Numbered from the stretch's first letter, positions 1 to 10,815 are shown. The stretch is DNA of 54,468 nt from Dehalococcoidia bacterium (GCA_015661155.1 JACVQK010000035.1:1-54468), one strand, 5' to 3'. A program made the numbers and translations. The notes: generated by a model from the sequence alone, not told the origin.

Positions 1-730
1 CCTCGCGCATGCGCTCCGTCATGAAGATGGGGTGGGAGGTGAGGAAGCGGATACGCTCCAGCCCCTCCACATGGTGCACCTGGGCCAGAAGGTCTGCCAG
101 GTCTGGCCGCTCCGGCAGGTCATGCCCGTAAGCGTCCACGGTCTGTCCCAGCAGGGTGACCTCTTTAGCGCCCCGGCGCGCCAGCGACTCCACCTCTATC
201 GCCACCTCTTCCACAGGACGGCTGCGCTGCCGTCCACGGCGGTAGGGAATGATGCAGAAGGAGCAGAACTCATCGCAGCCGTGGATGATGGGGACGTAAG
301 CGGTGACGTGGGGCTTCACCGGGGTCAGGTCCTCAAGACAGCCGTCCACGTCTATTTCGAGGCGTTTCCCCAGGAGGTCTATCAGCGGCTCGTACTGCTG
401 AGGGCGCATGAACACGTCCACGTAGGGGAAGCGCCTCTGCAACTCGTCGGTCTCGTGCCCCACACTACACCCCATGAGGGCGAGAACCCTTTGCGGGCTA
501 CGCTGTTTCAGGGGTTTGAGGGAGGTCAGCATACCCTCGACCTTGCTCTCAGCGCTCTGGCGCACCACGCAGCTGTTGAGGACGATGACGTCGGCCTCCC
601 TGAGCGCGGCGCTTTCCTCAAGCCCCAGGTGCTCAAGGGCGCTGGCCAGGCGCTCCGAGTCGGCCCTGTTCATCTGGCAGCCGATGGTCCAGATGTAGTA
701 CCGCTTTGCTGTTGTAGCCTCGCTCAACAC
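1..730 (-). CDS. miaB: tRNA-i6A37 methylthiotransferase MiaB (radical SAM), N-terminal ~243 codons; the 3' end runs off the window
   Basis: My reverse-strand translation from GTG 730 reads VLSEATTAKRYYIWTIGCQMNRADSERLA...VPIIHGCDEFCSFCIIPYRRGRQRSRP. This shows the UPF0004 N-domain with the GCQMN motif and a CxxxCxxC radical-SAM motif. The + ORF 32..736 is its antisense shadow. Confidence 0.85.
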   Translation of the reverse strand, partial: MLSEATTAKRYYIWTIGCQMNRADSERLASALEHLGLEESAALREADVIVLNSCVVRQSAESKVEGMLTSLKPLKQRSPQRVLALMGCSVGHETDELQRRFPYVDVFMRPQQYEPLIDLLGKRLEIDVDGCLEDLTPVKPHVTAYVPIIHGCDEFCSFCIIPYRRGRQRSRPVEEVAIEVESLARRGAKEVTLLGQTVDAYGHDLPERPDLADLLAQVHHVEGLERIRFLTSHPIFMTERMRE

Positions 731-761
731 CGCTGACCAGCCTCTTGCACCCCTGGGGACT

Positions 762-853
762 TGGCGGAGGGAATGGGATTCGAACCCATGAGAGAGCTTA
801 CGCCCCCTAACCGCTTAGCAGGCGGCCGCACTAGACCACTATGCGATCCCTCC
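762..853 (-). tRNA. tRNA-Ser (anticodon GCU), class II with long variable arm, CCA encoded
   Basis: The reverse complement folds as a cloverleaf. It has acceptor GGAGGGA/TCCCTCC, anticodon loop CUGCUAA, a long extra arm, T-arm ATGGG-TTCGAAT-CCCAT, and discriminator G followed by CCA. Confidence 0.93.
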
Positions 854-949
854 TGCCTGACAGGTCTAATATAACAGAAGGGATGGAGCGCCACAAGGCA
901 CGATAGAGGATAGCCACTGTCGGATATATACGGATAATACAACGGAGGA

Positions 950-978
950 TTGACAAATTCTCCGTCTGGCTATATATT
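950..978 (+). promoter_or_regulatory. Candidate sigma70-type promoter of the rpsL-led operon
   Basis: TTGACA (950-955), a 17-nt spacer, then TATATT (973-978), about 60 nt upstream of the rpsL ATG. An SD GAGGTGA precedes the ATG. Confidence 0.45.
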
Positions 979-1040
979 CATGTTTTGGCACGAATACGTG
1001 ATTCGAAAGCCTGGCAGTGGATGCTGGGCGAGGTGAAGTC

Positions 1041-1466
1041 ATGCCCACGGTAAACCAGTTGGTGAGAAAACCCAGGGTCAGGGCAAGCAAGAAGGTCAAC
1101 ACTCCGGCCCTGAGGTACGGTTTTAACGCGCTGAAGAACCGCCTGGAGCGCACCACGGGCTCCCCCCAGAAAAGGGGTGTTTGTGTCCAGGTGCGCACGA
1201 TGACTCCAAAGAAGCCCAACTCGGCTTTGAGGAAGATCGCCCGGGTGCGCTTGGCCAATGGGATGGAGGTGACAGCGTACATCCCGGGGGAGGGGCACAC
1301 CCTTCAGGAGCATTCGGTGGTCCTCATACGGGGAGGTAGGGTCAAGGACCTGCCCGGAGTCAGGTACCACATCATCCGAGGGGCTCTGGACTGCACGGGG
1401 GTGGTCAACCGGAAGCGGGGGCGTAGCAGATATGGTACCAAAGCGACAGCAGGTCCTGGGAGGTAG
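1041..1466 (+). CDS. rpsL: 30S ribosomal protein S12
   Basis: [12 protein letters not shown]...[10 protein letters not shown]...[15 protein letters not shown] moved the start to ATG 1041, which sits behind an SD; the track ORF begins at 1017. Confidence 0.97.
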   Translation: MPTVNQLVRKPRVRASKKVNTPALRYGFNALKNRLERTTGSPQKRGVCVQVRTMTPKKPNSALRKIARVRLANGMEVTAYIPGEGHTLQEHSVVLIRGGRVKDLPGVRYHIIRGALDCTGVVNRKRGRSRYGTKATAGPGR

Positions 1467-1471
1467 AGATA

Positions 1472-1942
1472 GTGGCTCGCCGTAGAAGCGCCGTCAAACG
1501 GGAAACGCCGCCAGATTCCAGGTATAATAGCGTGCACCTGGCCAAGTTCATTAACGTGGTCATGACCCGCGGCAAGAAGACCGTTGCCCAGCGCATCGTT
1601 TACGGTGCGCTGGCCATCGTGGAGGGGGAGAGAACCAGGGAACCCCTGGAGACCTTTAATTTAGCCATAAGGAACGCCACCCCGCTGTTGGAGGTAAAAC
1701 CCCGGCGAGTGGGGGGTGCTACATATCAAGTCCCCGTAGAGGTGAGGGGTGAGCGGCAGCTTGCCCTTGCCATGCGTTGGATTCTCAGGGCGAGTCGTGC
1801 CAGAACAGGGCGTCCCATGGCGGAGAACCTGGCCGCGGAGCTACTGGAGGCCTCCAGGGGACAGGGGGCGGCAGTGAAGAGAAAAGAGGATCTACACCGC
1901 ATGGCCGAGGCTAACAGGGCCTTCGTACACTACAGGTGGTGA
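1472..1942 (+). CDS. rpsG: 30S ribosomal protein S7
   Basis: 156 aa with the S7 family pattern, ending ...[10 protein letters not shown]. Confidence 0.97.
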   Translation: MARRRSAVKRETPPDSRYNSVHLAKFINVVMTRGKKTVAQRIVYGALAIVEGERTREPLETFNLAIRNATPLLEVKPRRVGGATYQVPVEVRGERQLALAMRWILRASRARTGRPMAENLAAELLEASRGQGAAVKRKEDLHRMAEANRAFVHYRW

Positions 1943-4080
1943 GATCGCTCTCAGGGGGCAAGGTGCTCCCTGAGATTGGATTGGAGAGATTTCCCGTGGA
2001 TCGCATGGATCGCATAAGGAATATAGGTTTCATAGCCCACATCGACGCTGGCAAGACCACCGTTACGGAGCGGGTGTTGTTCTTTACCGGGCGGACCCAC
2101 AAGATGGGCGACGTGGACGACGGCACCACGGTGATGGACTTCATGTCCCAGGAAAGGGAACGGGGGATCACCATCAAGGCCGCGGCTACCACCTGTGAGT
2201 GGAAGGACTACAGCATCAATATCATCGATACCCCCGGGCATGTGGATTTCACCGCCGAGGTGGAGAGGAGCCTGAGGGTTCTGGATGGGGGCGTGGTGGT
2301 CTTCGACGCGGTGGCTGGGGTGCAGCCCCAGTCGGAGACGGTGTGGCGGCAGGCCGACAGGTATCACGTGCCCCGAATCTGTTTTGTCAACAAGATGGAC
2401 CGGGTGGGGGCGGACTTCCAGCGCACCATAGACATGATCGCACACCGCCTCAGGGCCAACCCTGTCGCGGTGCAGATTCCCATAGGGAAAGAGGGCTCCT
2501 TCAGGGGAGTCATAGACCTGGTGGACGAGAAGGCACTGACCTACCTGGATGACGGGAACTACGCTCCTCAGGAGGGCCCCATCCCAGAGGAGATGCTCCA
2601 GGAGGTTCGCGCTTACCGGGAACGCCTGGTGGAGAAGGTGGCGGAGACCGATGACGCCCTGATGACCAGATACCTGGAGGAGCAGCCCATCTCCCCAGAG
2701 GAGATAAGGCAGGCTCTCAGAAGGGCCACCATCAGAAACGTCCTTGTTCCCGTGCTGTGCGGCAGTTCCCTGCGTAACAAGGGTATCCAGCCCATGCTGG
2801 ATGCCGTTGGGCACTATCTTCCCTCCCCTCTGGACGTGCCTCCCATTCAGGGAATCAATCCCAAAACGGGAGAGGTGATGTCAAGGGAGGCCCGGGAGGA
2901 TGTTCCCCTCCTTGCTCTTGCCTTCAAGGTGGTGACCGACCCCTTCGTAGGTCGTCTGGTGTACTTGCGGGTGTACTCCGGCGAGGTGAGGGCGGGAACC
3001 GCTGTTTACAACTCCACCAAGGGCGTCCGGGAGCGAATGGGGAGGGTGCTCTCCATGCACGCCAACCGGCGGGAGGAGAGGGAGGCAACCAGCGCTGGGA
3101 ACATCGCCGCCGTCGTTGGGTTGAAGAACACCTTCACCGGTGACACTCTCTGCGAGGAGAGGTCACCCATGTTGCTGGAGGTCATTCGCTTTCCTGAGCC
3201 GGTGGTCTCCGTGGCCATTGAACCCAGGACCAAGTTGGACCAGGACAGGCTGGTCGACACCCTGGCCAAGCTGGCAGAGGAAGACCCCACCTTCAAGGTC
3301 CGGGTGGACGATGAAACGGGGCAGACCATCATATCGGGCATGGGGGAGTTGCACCTGGAGGTGCTGGTAGAGCGGATGAGGAGGGAGTTCCAGGTAGCAG
3401 CAAACATAGGACGTCCCCGGGTCTCCTACAGAGAGACCATTACCGCGCCGTCCAGGGCGGAAGGCAGGTTCATCCGACAGACCGGAGGCCATGGCCAGTT
3501 CGGCGATGTGTGGCTGGAGCTGGAGCCCCTGGAGAGGAACAGCGGCTTCCAGTTCGTAAACCGGATCGTAGGCGCGGCCATCCCCAAAGAGTACATTCCG
3601 GCAGTGGAGAGCGGTGTGAGAGGGGCTCTGGAAACCGGTGTCCTGGCTGGATATCCCGTGATAGACCTGAAGGTATCCCTGGTGGATGGGAAATATCATC
3701 CCGTGGACTCGTCGGAGATGGCCTTCAAGATGGCTGGCTCCATCGGCGTCAAGGAAGGTATAAGAAGGGCGCATCCGGTGCTTCTTGAGCCCATCATGGA
3801 AATCGAGGTGATCACCCCTGGAGAGTTCCTGGGGGAGGTGTTGGGAGACCTGGGGGGGCGGCGGGCCCACATCCAGAGCATCGAAGGGCAAGAGAGCCTT
3901 CAGATTGTGCGGGCCTTTGTGCCCCTGGCGGAGGCTTTTGGGTACACCACGGCCCTGCGCTCCCTTACCCAGGGGAGGGCGAGCCAGTCCCTGGAGTTCC
4001 ACCACTATGAAGAGGTTCCTCAGGGGGTAGCCCAGGAGCTAACCCGAGCAACCCAAGTAACCCGAGCATCGCTGGTATAG
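1936..4080 (+). CDS. fusA: Elongation factor G
   Basis: GTPase motifs [17 protein letters not shown] and NKMD, plus full EF-G domains II-V. The start is uncertain: GTG 1936, GTG 1963 behind AGGGGG, or ATG 2005. Confidence 0.96.
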   Translation: MVRSLSGGKVLPEIGLERFPVDRMDRIRNIGFIAHIDAGKTTVTERVLFFTGRTHKMGDVDDGTTVMDFMSQERERGITIKAAATTCEWKDYSINIIDTPGHVDFTAEVERSLRVLDGGVVVFDAVAGVQPQSETVWRQADRYHVPRICFVNKMDRVGADFQRTIDMIAHRLRANPVAVQIPIGKEGSFRGVIDLVDEKALTYLDDGNYAPQEGPIPEEMLQEVRAYRERLVEKVAETDDALMTRYLEEQPISPEEIRQALRRATIRNVLVPVLCGSSLRNKGIQPMLDAVGHYLPSPLDVPPIQGINPKTGEVMSREAREDVPLLALAFKVVTDPFVGRLVYLRVYSGEVRAGTAVYNSTKGVRERMGRVLSMHANRREEREATSAGNIAAVVGLKNTFTGDTLCEERSPMLLEVIRFPEPVVSVAIEPRTKLDQDRLVDTLAKLAEEDPTFKVRVDDETGQTIISGMGELHLEVLVERMRREFQVAANIGRPRVSYRETITAPSRAEGRFIRQTGGHGQFGDVWLELEPLERNSGFQFVNRIVGAAIPKEYIPAVESGVRGALETGVLAGYPVIDLKVSLVDGKYHPVDSSEMAFKMAGSIGVKEGIRRAHPVLLEPIMEIEVITPGEFLGEVLGDLGGRRAHIQSIEGQESLQIVRAFVPLAEAFGYTTALRSLTQGRASQSLEFHHYEEVPQGVAQELTRATQVTRASLV

Positions 4081-4090
4081 GGAAAGAGAT

Positions 4091-4399
4091 ATGCCTCAGC
4101 AGAAGATTCGCATAGTGTTAAGGGCCTTCGACCACAGGATTCTTGATCAGTCCGCCATTCAGATAGTGGAGGCAGCGGAGCGAACCGGCGCGGGAGTGTC
4201 GGGACCGGTCCCCTTGCCCACCTCTATCAGGAGGTTCTGCGTTATTCGCGGCCCCCACATAGACAAGGACTCCAGGGAGCACTTCGAGCTGCGCTCTCAC
4301 AAGCGCCTCATAGATATTCTGGACCCCAGTTCCAAGACCATCGACGCTCTCACCAGGCTCAACGTACCCGCGGGTGTGGACATCTCTATCAAGCTCTAG
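4091..4399 (+). CDS. rpsJ: 30S ribosomal protein S10
   Basis: 102 aa, beginning [19 protein letters not shown]. Confidence 0.97.
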   Translation: MPQQKIRIVLRAFDHRILDQSAIQIVEAAERTGAGVSGPVPLPTSIRRFCVIRGPHIDKDSREHFELRSHKRLIDILDPSSKTIDALTRLNVPAGVDISIKL

Positions 4400-4414
4400 G
4401 GAGAGGAAAAGCCC

Positions 4415-5035
4415 TTGAAAGGCATTTTGGGAAGGAAAATAGGTATGACCCGCGTCTTCTCCGAGGACGGGCGGGTGGAGCCTGTCAGCGTCATCGAGGC
4501 GGGGCCTTGCCTGGTTACCCAGGTGAAGACCGCTTCGAGATATGGCTATCAGGCAGTGCAGCTGGGATACGAGGAGGCCAAGAAGCTCAACAAGCCGGAG
4601 TCGGGCCACCTGAAAAGAGTGGGGCCGCTCCGCCATTTGAAGGAGTTCAGGGTAGATGACCTGGGAGATGCCCAGGTGGGACAGAAGGTAGATGTGGGGG
4701 TGTTCCAAGCCGGCGACCTGGTGGACGTGATAGGCACGTCAAAGGGTAAGGGATTCGCCGGGGGAGTGAAACGCCACCATTTCCACGGTGGCCCCAAGAC
4801 CCATGGCCAGTCCGACCGCCACAGGGCTCCGGGCTCCATTGGCTCCGGCACCTCCCCCGGGAGGGTCTGGAAGGGTACCCGCATGGCGGGACACATGGGA
4901 AATCACAGGGTCACCACCTCAAACCTGAAGGTAGTCCTGGTGGACCCGGAGCGCAATCTCCTGCTGGTCAGGGGTACTGTTCCCGGGGCCAATAACGGGA
5001 TGCTGGTGGTCCAAGCGTCCAGGGGGAGGGTCTAA
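4415..5035 (+). CDS. rplC: 50S ribosomal protein L3
   Basis: [13 protein letters not shown]... with a TTG start, 206 aa. Confidence 0.97.
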   Translation: MKGILGRKIGMTRVFSEDGRVEPVSVIEAGPCLVTQVKTASRYGYQAVQLGYEEAKKLNKPESGHLKRVGPLRHLKEFRVDDLGDAQVGQKVDVGVFQAGDLVDVIGTSKGKGFAGGVKRHHFHGGPKTHGQSDRHRAPGSIGSGTSPGRVWKGTRMAGHMGNHRVTTSNLKVVLVDPERNLLLVRGTVPGANNGMLVVQASRGRV

Positions 5036-5036
5036 G

Positions 5037-5705
5037 ATGCGCCTTTCCCTGTGGAACTCCCTGGGAGAAAAGGTGGATACCATCGAGGTCAGCGACCACC
5101 TCTTTGATGCGCCCCTGAACCAGGCGCTGGTGCACCAGGTGGCGCTGGCCCACATGGCCAATGCCCGCCAGGGGACTGCCGCTACCAAGACCAGGGGCAT
5201 GGTCTCTGGAGGAGGGATAAAGCCCTGGCGTCAGAAGCACACGGGAAGGGCCAGGCAGGGCAGCAGGCGAGCCCCCCAATGGCGCGGTGGAGGGGTGGTG
5301 TTCGGGCCTCACCCGCGGGACTACTCTCAGCGCATCCCCAAGAAGATGAACCGCGGGGCCATAAGGTGCATTCTCTCTCAAAAGGCCCGGGAGGAGAAGC
5401 TGATAGTGTTGGATGGGTTTGGGCTCCCCGAGGCCAAGACCCGGGAGATGGCAAGAGTCCTGGCCAACCTGAGGGTCACTACTCCTGCCCTCATCGTGAC
5501 CCCTATCGCCCAGGCCGATGTGATCCTTTCGGCCCGCAACCTTCATCGGGTGAAGACCATCCCTGCATTCCAGATGAACGCCCTGGACCTGCTGAATCAC
5601 GACCGTGTTATCATGACGTTGGAGGCGGTGCGGCGGGCGGAGGAGCTCTGGGCCTCTGTCGGCGTCGAGGTAGAGGCGGATGCCCCGGAAGATAGGGGGA
5701 ACTAG
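5037..5705 (+). CDS. rplD: 50S ribosomal protein L4
   Basis: Contains TKTRGMVSGGGIKPWRQKHTGRARQGS. Confidence 0.97.
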   Translation: MRLSLWNSLGEKVDTIEVSDHLFDAPLNQALVHQVALAHMANARQGTAATKTRGMVSGGGIKPWRQKHTGRARQGSRRAPQWRGGGVVFGPHPRDYSQRIPKKMNRGAIRCILSQKAREEKLIVLDGFGLPEAKTREMARVLANLRVTTPALIVTPIAQADVILSARNLHRVKTIPAFQMNALDLLNHDRVIMTLEAVRRAEELWASVGVEVEADAPEDRGN

Positions 5706-5710
5706 AGGAG

Positions 5711-6004
5711 ATGGTTCTACACGCCTTTGAGGTTCTTCGCAGGCCCCTGATCACCGAGAAGAGCACCATCCTTCAGGAGGAGCACAACAGGTACACCTTT
5801 GAGGTGGATCCCAGGGCCAACAAAGCCCAGGTGAAGATGGCGGTGGAGAAGTCCTTCAGCGTCCAGGTTATCGGGGTGAACATGGTCAGGGTCAAGGGAA
5901 AGAGAAAGCGGTTTGGGGGAAAGATAGTCCAGGAGCCCTCTTGGAAGAAGGCCGTAGTGAGCCTCAAGCAGGGGGACAAGATTCAGGTCTTTGAGGGAGC
6001 ATAA
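5711..6004 (+). CDS. rplW: 50S ribosomal protein L23
   Basis: 97 aa, with the RPLITEKS motif. Confidence 0.96.
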   Translation: MVLHAFEVLRRPLITEKSTILQEEHNRYTFEVDPRANKAQVKMAVEKSFSVQVIGVNMVRVKGKRKRFGGKIVQEPSWKKAVVSLKQGDKIQVFEGA

Positions 6005-6829
6005 GTGCCACTAAAGAGTGTCAACCCCACAAGTCCAGGTCGGCGTGGTCTTGTTCCTCCGTCCTTTGAGGAGATCACCAAGAGCAGGCCGGAGAAGGCC
6101 CTGGTGGTTGCCCTCCTCAAAACGGGGGGTAGGAACGCCCAGGGCAGGGTAACGGCCCGCCACCATGGTGGGGGTGCCAAACGCTCTCTGCGTCTCATCG
6201 ACTTCAAGCGGGACAAGGTGGGGATTCCCGGCAAGGTGGTCTCCATTGAGTACGATCCCAACCGCTCCGCCCGCATCGCCCTTATCTGGTATCCCGATGG
6301 CGATAAACGGTACATTCTGGCTCCCCAGGGGTTGAAGGTGGGGGCCAAGGCGGAGGCCGGGCCCAACGCCGAGATAAAGGTGGGCAATGCTCTCCCTCTG
6401 AAGCTCATCCCCACGGGCAGTCCGGTGCACAACGTGGAGATGCACCGGGGCAAGGGGGCGCAGCTGGCTAGGAGTGCCGGCGCCGCGGCCCAGGTCCTGG
6501 CTCGGGAGGAGGAGTACGTTCTCCTGCGGTTGCCCTCGGGGGAGGTGCGCCGGATCCATGGGGAGTGCATGGCCACCATCGGTCAGGTGGGCAATCTGGA
6601 TCACAAGAACGTCAAGCTCGGCAAGGCTGGCAAGAAGCGCCACTTGGGGATCAGACCAGATGTAAGGGGGGTCGCCATGAGCCCCAGGGACCATCCCCAT
6701 GGAGGGGGAGAGGGCCGCTCTGGCATAGGGATGCCCGGCCCCAAGACCCCCTGGGGTAAGCCAACCCTGGGATACAAGACCCGCCGTCGCAAGGACGTGA
6801 GTGGAATGATCGTAAGGCGTAGGAAGTAA
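6005..6829 (+). CDS. rplB: 50S ribosomal protein L2
   Basis: 274 aa, with [16 protein letters not shown] start directly after the rplW stop. Confidence 0.97.
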   Translation: MPLKSVNPTSPGRRGLVPPSFEEITKSRPEKALVVALLKTGGRNAQGRVTARHHGGGAKRSLRLIDFKRDKVGIPGKVVSIEYDPNRSARIALIWYPDGDKRYILAPQGLKVGAKAEAGPNAEIKVGNALPLKLIPTGSPVHNVEMHRGKGAQLARSAGAAAQVLAREEEYVLLRLPSGEVRRIHGECMATIGQVGNLDHKNVKLGKAGKKRHLGIRPDVRGVAMSPRDHPHGGGEGRSGIGMPGPKTPWGKPTLGYKTRRRKDVSGMIVRRRK

Positions 6830-6839
6830 GGGGTAGAGG

Positions 6840-7130
6840 ATGTCCAGATCTATCAAAAAGGGGCCCTTCGTGGAAGCCAAGCTGATGAAGCGGGTAGAGA
6901 TTCTGCGAAGGAGCGGGATCAAGGCCGTGATCAAGACCTGGTCCAGGGCCTCCATGATCATGCCGGAGATGGTCGGGCTGACCATTGCCGTCCACGATGG
7001 GCGTAGACATGTTCCCATTCTTGTCATGGAGAACATGGTTGGCCACCGCCTGGGGGAGTTTGCCCCCACCAGGACCTTCAGGGGCCACTCCTCCAAATCA
7101 GAGCGCACCACCCAGGTGAGGAGGCCATAA
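6840..7130 (+). CDS. rpsS: 30S ribosomal protein S19
   Basis: [11 protein letters not shown]...[16 protein letters not shown]. Confidence 0.97.
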   Translation: MSRSIKKGPFVEAKLMKRVEILRRSGIKAVIKTWSRASMIMPEMVGLTIAVHDGRRHVPILVMENMVGHRLGEFAPTRTFRGHSSKSERTTQVRRP

Positions 7131-7131
7131 C

Positions 7132-7470
7132 ATGGCAGTGAGAGCTATGGCCAAAAACGTGGGCATTTCGCCCAGGAAAGTGCGCCGGGTGGTGAACATC
7201 GTTCGGGGCAAGAGGGTGAAAGCAGCCCTGGAGATACTGGACTTCCTGCCCACCCCGGTGGCTCGAGAGGTGGCCAAGGTGGTGAGGTCCGCCGCCAGCA
7301 ACGCCGAGAATAACGGCATGATGGCGAGAGATGACCTGAGGATAGTGGAGATTCACGCCGATCCTGGGGTTGTCCTTCGCCGTTCCAGGGCCAGGTCCAG
7401 GGGCAGGACCAGCCGGATTATAAAACGCACCAGCCACATCACCGTGCTGGTGGACGAGGAGGAGTCTTAG
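7132..7470 (+). CDS. rplV: 50S ribosomal protein L22
   Basis: 112 aa, with ISPRKVRRVVNIVRGK. Confidence 0.97.
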   Translation: MAVRAMAKNVGISPRKVRRVVNIVRGKRVKAALEILDFLPTPVAREVAKVVRSAASNAENNGMMARDDLRIVEIHADPGVVLRRSRARSRGRTSRIIKRTSHITVLVDEEES

Positions 7471-8205
7471 ATGGGTCAAAAGACTCACCCCATCGGGTTC
7501 CGCCTGGGGATAATCAAGGATTGGCAGGCCAAGTGGTACGCCGATAAGCCTGCCCAGTATCGCGAGCTGCTCCAGGAGGACCTCCGAATACGCAGGGCTG
7601 TCCTCTCCCGTCTCCCTGAGGCCGGCATACCCCGGGTGGAGCTGGAGAGGGGCACCCATGAGCTGGTGGTCACCATACACTCAGCCAGGCCAGGGATCGT
7701 CATTGGCCGGGGGGGGCAAAGGGTTGAGGAGATGCGCCAGATCATCGAGGGGTTGGCACAGAAGCGCGTCCGGCTTAACGTTCAGGAGGTGCGCCAACCG
7801 GAGCTGAACGCCCAGTTGGTGGCCGGCAGTATTGCCGAGCAGCTGGGGCGGAGAATTGCTTTCCGCCGGGCCATGAGCCAGGCGCAAGGCCGGGCCATGC
7901 AGTCAGGGGCCTTGGGCATAAAGATCATCTGTTCCGGCCGATTGGGGGGGATTGAGATAGCGCGTCGGGAGAAGGTGATGCAGGGGCGTGTGCCTCTCCA
8001 CACCATCCGTGCAGATATAGACTACGGGCTGGCGGAGGCCAGAACCGCCATGGGTCGCATCGGGGTGAAGGTGTGGATATACAAGGGCGACATTATTCCG
8101 GAGCCGAAGGAGGTAGAGCCTGAGGCGGAGGAGATGCGGCTAATACAGGTCACCGTGGGAGCTGAAGGGGAGTCCTCGGAGGAGTCTAAGGATGTTTCAG
8201 CCTAA
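7471..8205 (+). CDS. rpsC: 30S ribosomal protein S3 (with acidic C-terminal tail)
   Basis: [14 protein letters not shown]..., 244 aa. The last ~35 aa are Glu/Ser-rich and overlap the rplP start. Confidence 0.97.
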   Translation: MGQKTHPIGFRLGIIKDWQAKWYADKPAQYRELLQEDLRIRRAVLSRLPEAGIPRVELERGTHELVVTIHSARPGIVIGRGGQRVEEMRQIIEGLAQKRVRLNVQEVRQPELNAQLVAGSIAEQLGRRIAFRRAMSQAQGRAMQSGALGIKIICSGRLGGIEIARREKVMQGRVPLHTIRADIDYGLAEARTAMGRIGVKVWIYKGDIIPEPKEVEPEAEEMRLIQVTVGAEGESSEESKDVSA

Positions 8206-8620
8206 GAGAATAAAGTACCGCAAGGCTCATAGGGGCCGCCGCAGGGGTAACTCCCTGGCGGGGAGTCAGGTGACCTTCGGGGATTATGGCCTCAAGGCCA
8301 CGTCTCCGGCCTGGGTTACAGCGCGGCAGATAGAGGCTGCTCGAAGGGCCATCACCCGTCATTTCAGGCGCGGTGGACAGGTGTGGATTCGCGTGTTCCC
8401 GGACAAGCCCGTTACGTCCAAACCCGCTGAGACCCGCATGGGCAGTGGAAAGGGGGCTGTGGACCACTGGGTTGCCGTGGTTAGACCCGGCCGCATCCTC
8501 TTCGAGGTGGCAGGGGTGGGGCAGGAGCTGGCCAAAGAGGCCCTCGAGCTGGCCTCCCAGAAGCTGCCTGTGAATACAACCGTGATATCCCGAAGCGATG
8601 GCCAGGCGGCCTCGGAGTAG
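8192..8620 (+). CDS. rplP: 50S ribosomal protein L16
   Basis: Begins [16 protein letters not shown]. Confidence 0.97.
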   Translation: MFQPKRIKYRKAHRGRRRGNSLAGSQVTFGDYGLKATSPAWVTARQIEAARRAITRHFRRGGQVWIRVFPDKPVTSKPAETRMGSGKGAVDHWVAVVRPGRILFEVAGVGQELAKEALELASQKLPVNTTVISRSDGQAASE

Positions 8621-8634
8621 AGGGGACGACCACA

Positions 8635-8832
8635 TTGAACATCGTGGCGATTCACAACTTGACGGATGAGCAGCTACACTCAGAGCTGGAGAGCTCCCTC
8701 AGGGAGCTGATGAACCTGCGTTTTCGCTGGAGCACCCGCCAGATCAACAATCCCCGGGAGTTGGGAGAGGTGAGGAAAACCATAGCTCGCCTCAAGACGG
8801 TGATGCGCCAGAGAGGAGTTAGGGAGAGCTGA
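8635..8832 (+). CDS. rpmC: 50S ribosomal protein L29
   Basis: 65 aa with an L29-like helical hairpin (LRELMNLRF...ARLKTV). TTG start. Confidence 0.92.
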   Translation: MNIVAIHNLTDEQLHSELESSLRELMNLRFRWSTRQINNPRELGEVRKTIARLKTVMRQRGVRES

Positions 8833-8833
8833 G

Positions 8834-9139
8834 ATGATAAGGGGGAGAAGGAAGACCAGGGTTGGGCGAGTCCTAAGCAATCGGATGGACAAGACGGTGG
8901 TGGTAGCCGTGGAGTGGCGGCAAGCCCATCCCCTTTACCACAAGCTGGTGAAGCGAGTAACCAAGCTCCACGCTCACGATGAGGACAACGTGTGCAAAGT
9001 GGGGGATCGAGTTAGCATAATGGAGACGCGCCCCCTATCCAAGACGAAGCGGTGGAGGGTGACTGAGGTCCTCTCCACTGGAGAGGTGTCGGAGGTGCTC
9101 CTGGAGGAAACGGTTGGCGGTGAGGAGGGCGAAAGATGA
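8834..9139 (+). CDS. rpsQ: 30S ribosomal protein S17
   Basis: Contains [16 protein letters not shown]. Acidic C-terminal tail. Confidence 0.96.
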   Translation: MIRGRRKTRVGRVLSNRMDKTVVVAVEWRQAHPLYHKLVKRVTKLHAHDEDNVCKVGDRVSIMETRPLSKTKRWRVTEVLSTGEVSEVLLEETVGGEEGER

Positions 9140-9504
9140 TCCAGACGTACACCAGGCTTGCGGTGGCGGATAACTCTGGGGCCAAGGTCATCATGTGCAT
9201 CAACATCCCCGGGGGGAGCCATAGACGGTACGCCCGCCTGGGGGATATCATTGTGGCCTCGGTGAAAGAGGCGGTGCCGGCCGCCGCCGTAAAGAAGGGG
9301 GAGGTGGTGCGGGCAGTGATCGTGCGCACCGCTGCTCCCCACCGTCGCTCTGACGGGTCTTACATTCGCTTTGACGGGAATGCCGCGGTGCTCCTCACCG
9401 ACACCCTTAACCCCAGGGGAACCCGCATCTTCGGCCCGGTGGCCCGAGAGCTCAGGGAGAAGAACTTCATGCGCATAGCCTCCCTGGCTCCGGAGGTGTT
9501 GTGA
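9136..9504 (+). CDS. rplN: 50S ribosomal protein L14
   Basis: [17 protein letters not shown]..., 122 aa. ATGA overlap with rpsQ. Confidence 0.97.
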   Translation: MIQTYTRLAVADNSGAKVIMCINIPGGSHRRYARLGDIIVASVKEAVPAAAVKKGEVVRAVIVRTAAPHRRSDGSYIRFDGNAAVLLTDTLNPRGTRIFGPVARELREKNFMRIASLAPEVL

Positions 9505-9815
9505 TGAGGGTGAGGCGAGAGGATACGGTGCAGGTTATCGCCGGCAAAGACAAGGGGAAGCGAGGCAAGGTGCAGCAGGTGTTCCCCACAGAGAACCGGG
9601 TGGTGGTGGAGGGGGCCAACATCATCAAGCGGCACGTCCGTGCTCGTCCCAATGTCCGCCAGGCGGGCATTGTCCAGCGAGAGGCCCCTTTTAATGCATC
9701 CCGGGTAATGCTAGTCTGTAAGCACTGCAATCACCCAGTACGGGTAGGCCACAAGCTCCTGGAAGACGGGAAAAAGGTCAGGGTGTGCAGGGCATGCAAA
9801 GAGGTGATAGATTAG
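9504..9815 (+). CDS. rplX: 50S ribosomal protein L24 (Cys4 zinc-ribbon type C-terminus)
   Basis: VIAGKDKGKRGKV KOW motif, with CKHC...CRAC at the C-terminus. ATG 9504 overlaps the rplN TGA; GTG 9501 is an alternative start. Confidence 0.95.
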   Translation: MRVRREDTVQVIAGKDKGKRGKVQQVFPTENRVVVEGANIIKRHVRARPNVRQAGIVQREAPFNASRVMLVCKHCNHPVRVGHKLLEDGKKVRVCRACKEVID

Positions 9816-10583
9816 ATGGAAGCCAACACCTTGGGAACCCCTGAGCCAGAGACCCCGGCAAGGGCCGGGGCAGAGGCCCCCGCCACCCAGGTAACGAGGG
9901 TTCGGCGGCCCCGCGCTCCCGCTGTTGCGACACCGGCGGCGGAGGCGGCCCCCAGGGCCAGAAGGGCCCCTAGACAGAGGCCGTCAGAGGTGGAGCCGGA
10001 GCCCCAGCCCCAGCCGACCCCTCAGGTGAAGAGGGTTCCCCGTCTCCTGGAGCAGTACCGTTCCCAGGTCAGGGAGGCGCTGCGGGAGGAGTTCGGCTAC
10101 AGGAATATCATGGAGATACCCCGCATAGAGAAGGTAGTGCTCAACATAGGAATGGCAGAGGCGAAGGTGAACCCCCGGGCTATGGAGAGCGCCACCCGAG
10201 ACCTGGCGTCCATCGCCGGCCAGAAACCTGTGGTCACTCACGCCAAGAGGTCCATATCGGCCTTCAAGCTCAGGGAGGGCGAGGCTATCGGGACCATGGT
10301 AACCCTTCGGGGTAGCCGTATGTGGGACTTCCTGGATCGGCTATGCAACGCCGCACTACCCCGCATAAGGGACTTTCGGGGAGTGTCCCGAAAGGCCTTC
10401 GATGGGAGGGGTAACTACAGCCTGGGCATACGGGAGCAGGTTATCTTCCCGGAGGTGGACTACGGGCAAATAGACCGTATTCGCGGCCTTCAGGTCTCGA
10501 TAATCACCACGGCCTCCACGGATAGGGAGAGTATGCGTCTTCTGGAACATCTGGGAATGCCCTTTGCCAGGGAAGGAGCCTAG
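9816..10583 (+). CDS. rplE: 50S ribosomal protein L5 with ~70-aa low-complexity N-terminal extension
   Basis: The canonical L5 core starts near residue 71 ([14 protein letters not shown]...[18 protein letters not shown]). ATG 9816 has an SD GAGGTGA 8 nt upstream. The internal GTG 10026 would give a canonical-size protein but has no SD. Confidence 0.9.
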   Translation: MEANTLGTPEPETPARAGAEAPATQVTRVRRPRAPAVATPAAEAAPRARRAPRQRPSEVEPEPQPQPTPQVKRVPRLLEQYRSQVREALREEFGYRNIMEIPRIEKVVLNIGMAEAKVNPRAMESATRDLASIAGQKPVVTHAKRSISAFKLREGEAIGTMVTLRGSRMWDFLDRLCNAALPRIRDFRGVSRKAFDGRGNYSLGIREQVIFPEVDYGQIDRIRGLQVSIITTASTDRESMRLLEHLGMPFAREGA

Positions 10584-10623
10584 ACCCGTGAGTATGGCAG
10601 CCCCCGGCTCGAGGAAGGATTAG

Positions 10624-10809
10624 TTGGCTAAAACATCCAAGATCGCCAAGTGGAGGAGACCTCAGAAGTACGCTGTGAGACACCACAACCGGTGTAACGT
10701 GTGTTTTCGTCCCAGGGCGTACATAAGGCATTTCGGGCTTTGCAGGATATGCTTTCGCACCCTTGCCCTTCGGGGTGAGATTACAGGCATACGAAAGGCT
10801 AGTTGGTAG
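10624..10809 (+). CDS. rpsZ: 30S ribosomal protein S14, zinc-binding type Z (61 aa)
   Basis: [10 protein letters not shown]...CNVC...CRIC...W, TTG start. Confidence 0.95.
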   Translation: MAKTSKIAKWRRPQKYAVRHHNRCNVCFRPRAYIRHFGLCRICFRTLALRGEITGIRKASW

Positions 10810-10815
10810 CACAAT

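Noticed and set aside
32-736. 234-aa + strand ORF at the left edge
   Set aside because: It is the antisense shadow of miaB. The reverse frame gives clear MiaB radical-SAM motifs, while the + product is Leu/His/Val/Gly-rich with no motifs and no family that I recognise.
1095-1150. ~13-aa insertion in S12 ([16 protein letters not shown]) as a novelty
   Set aside because: The same insertion position and length are normal for Firmicute-type and monoderm S12 proteins. It is lineage-typical, not novel.
6011-7111. Long reverse-strand ORFs throughout the ribosomal cluster (e.g. 366 aa at 6011-7111, 287 aa at 1951-2814, 280 aa at 3163-4005)
   Set aside because: These are typical high-GC shadow ORFs opposite highly conserved, unambiguous r-protein and EF-G genes. 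Their composition is Arg/Pro/Gly-rich and they show no motifs.
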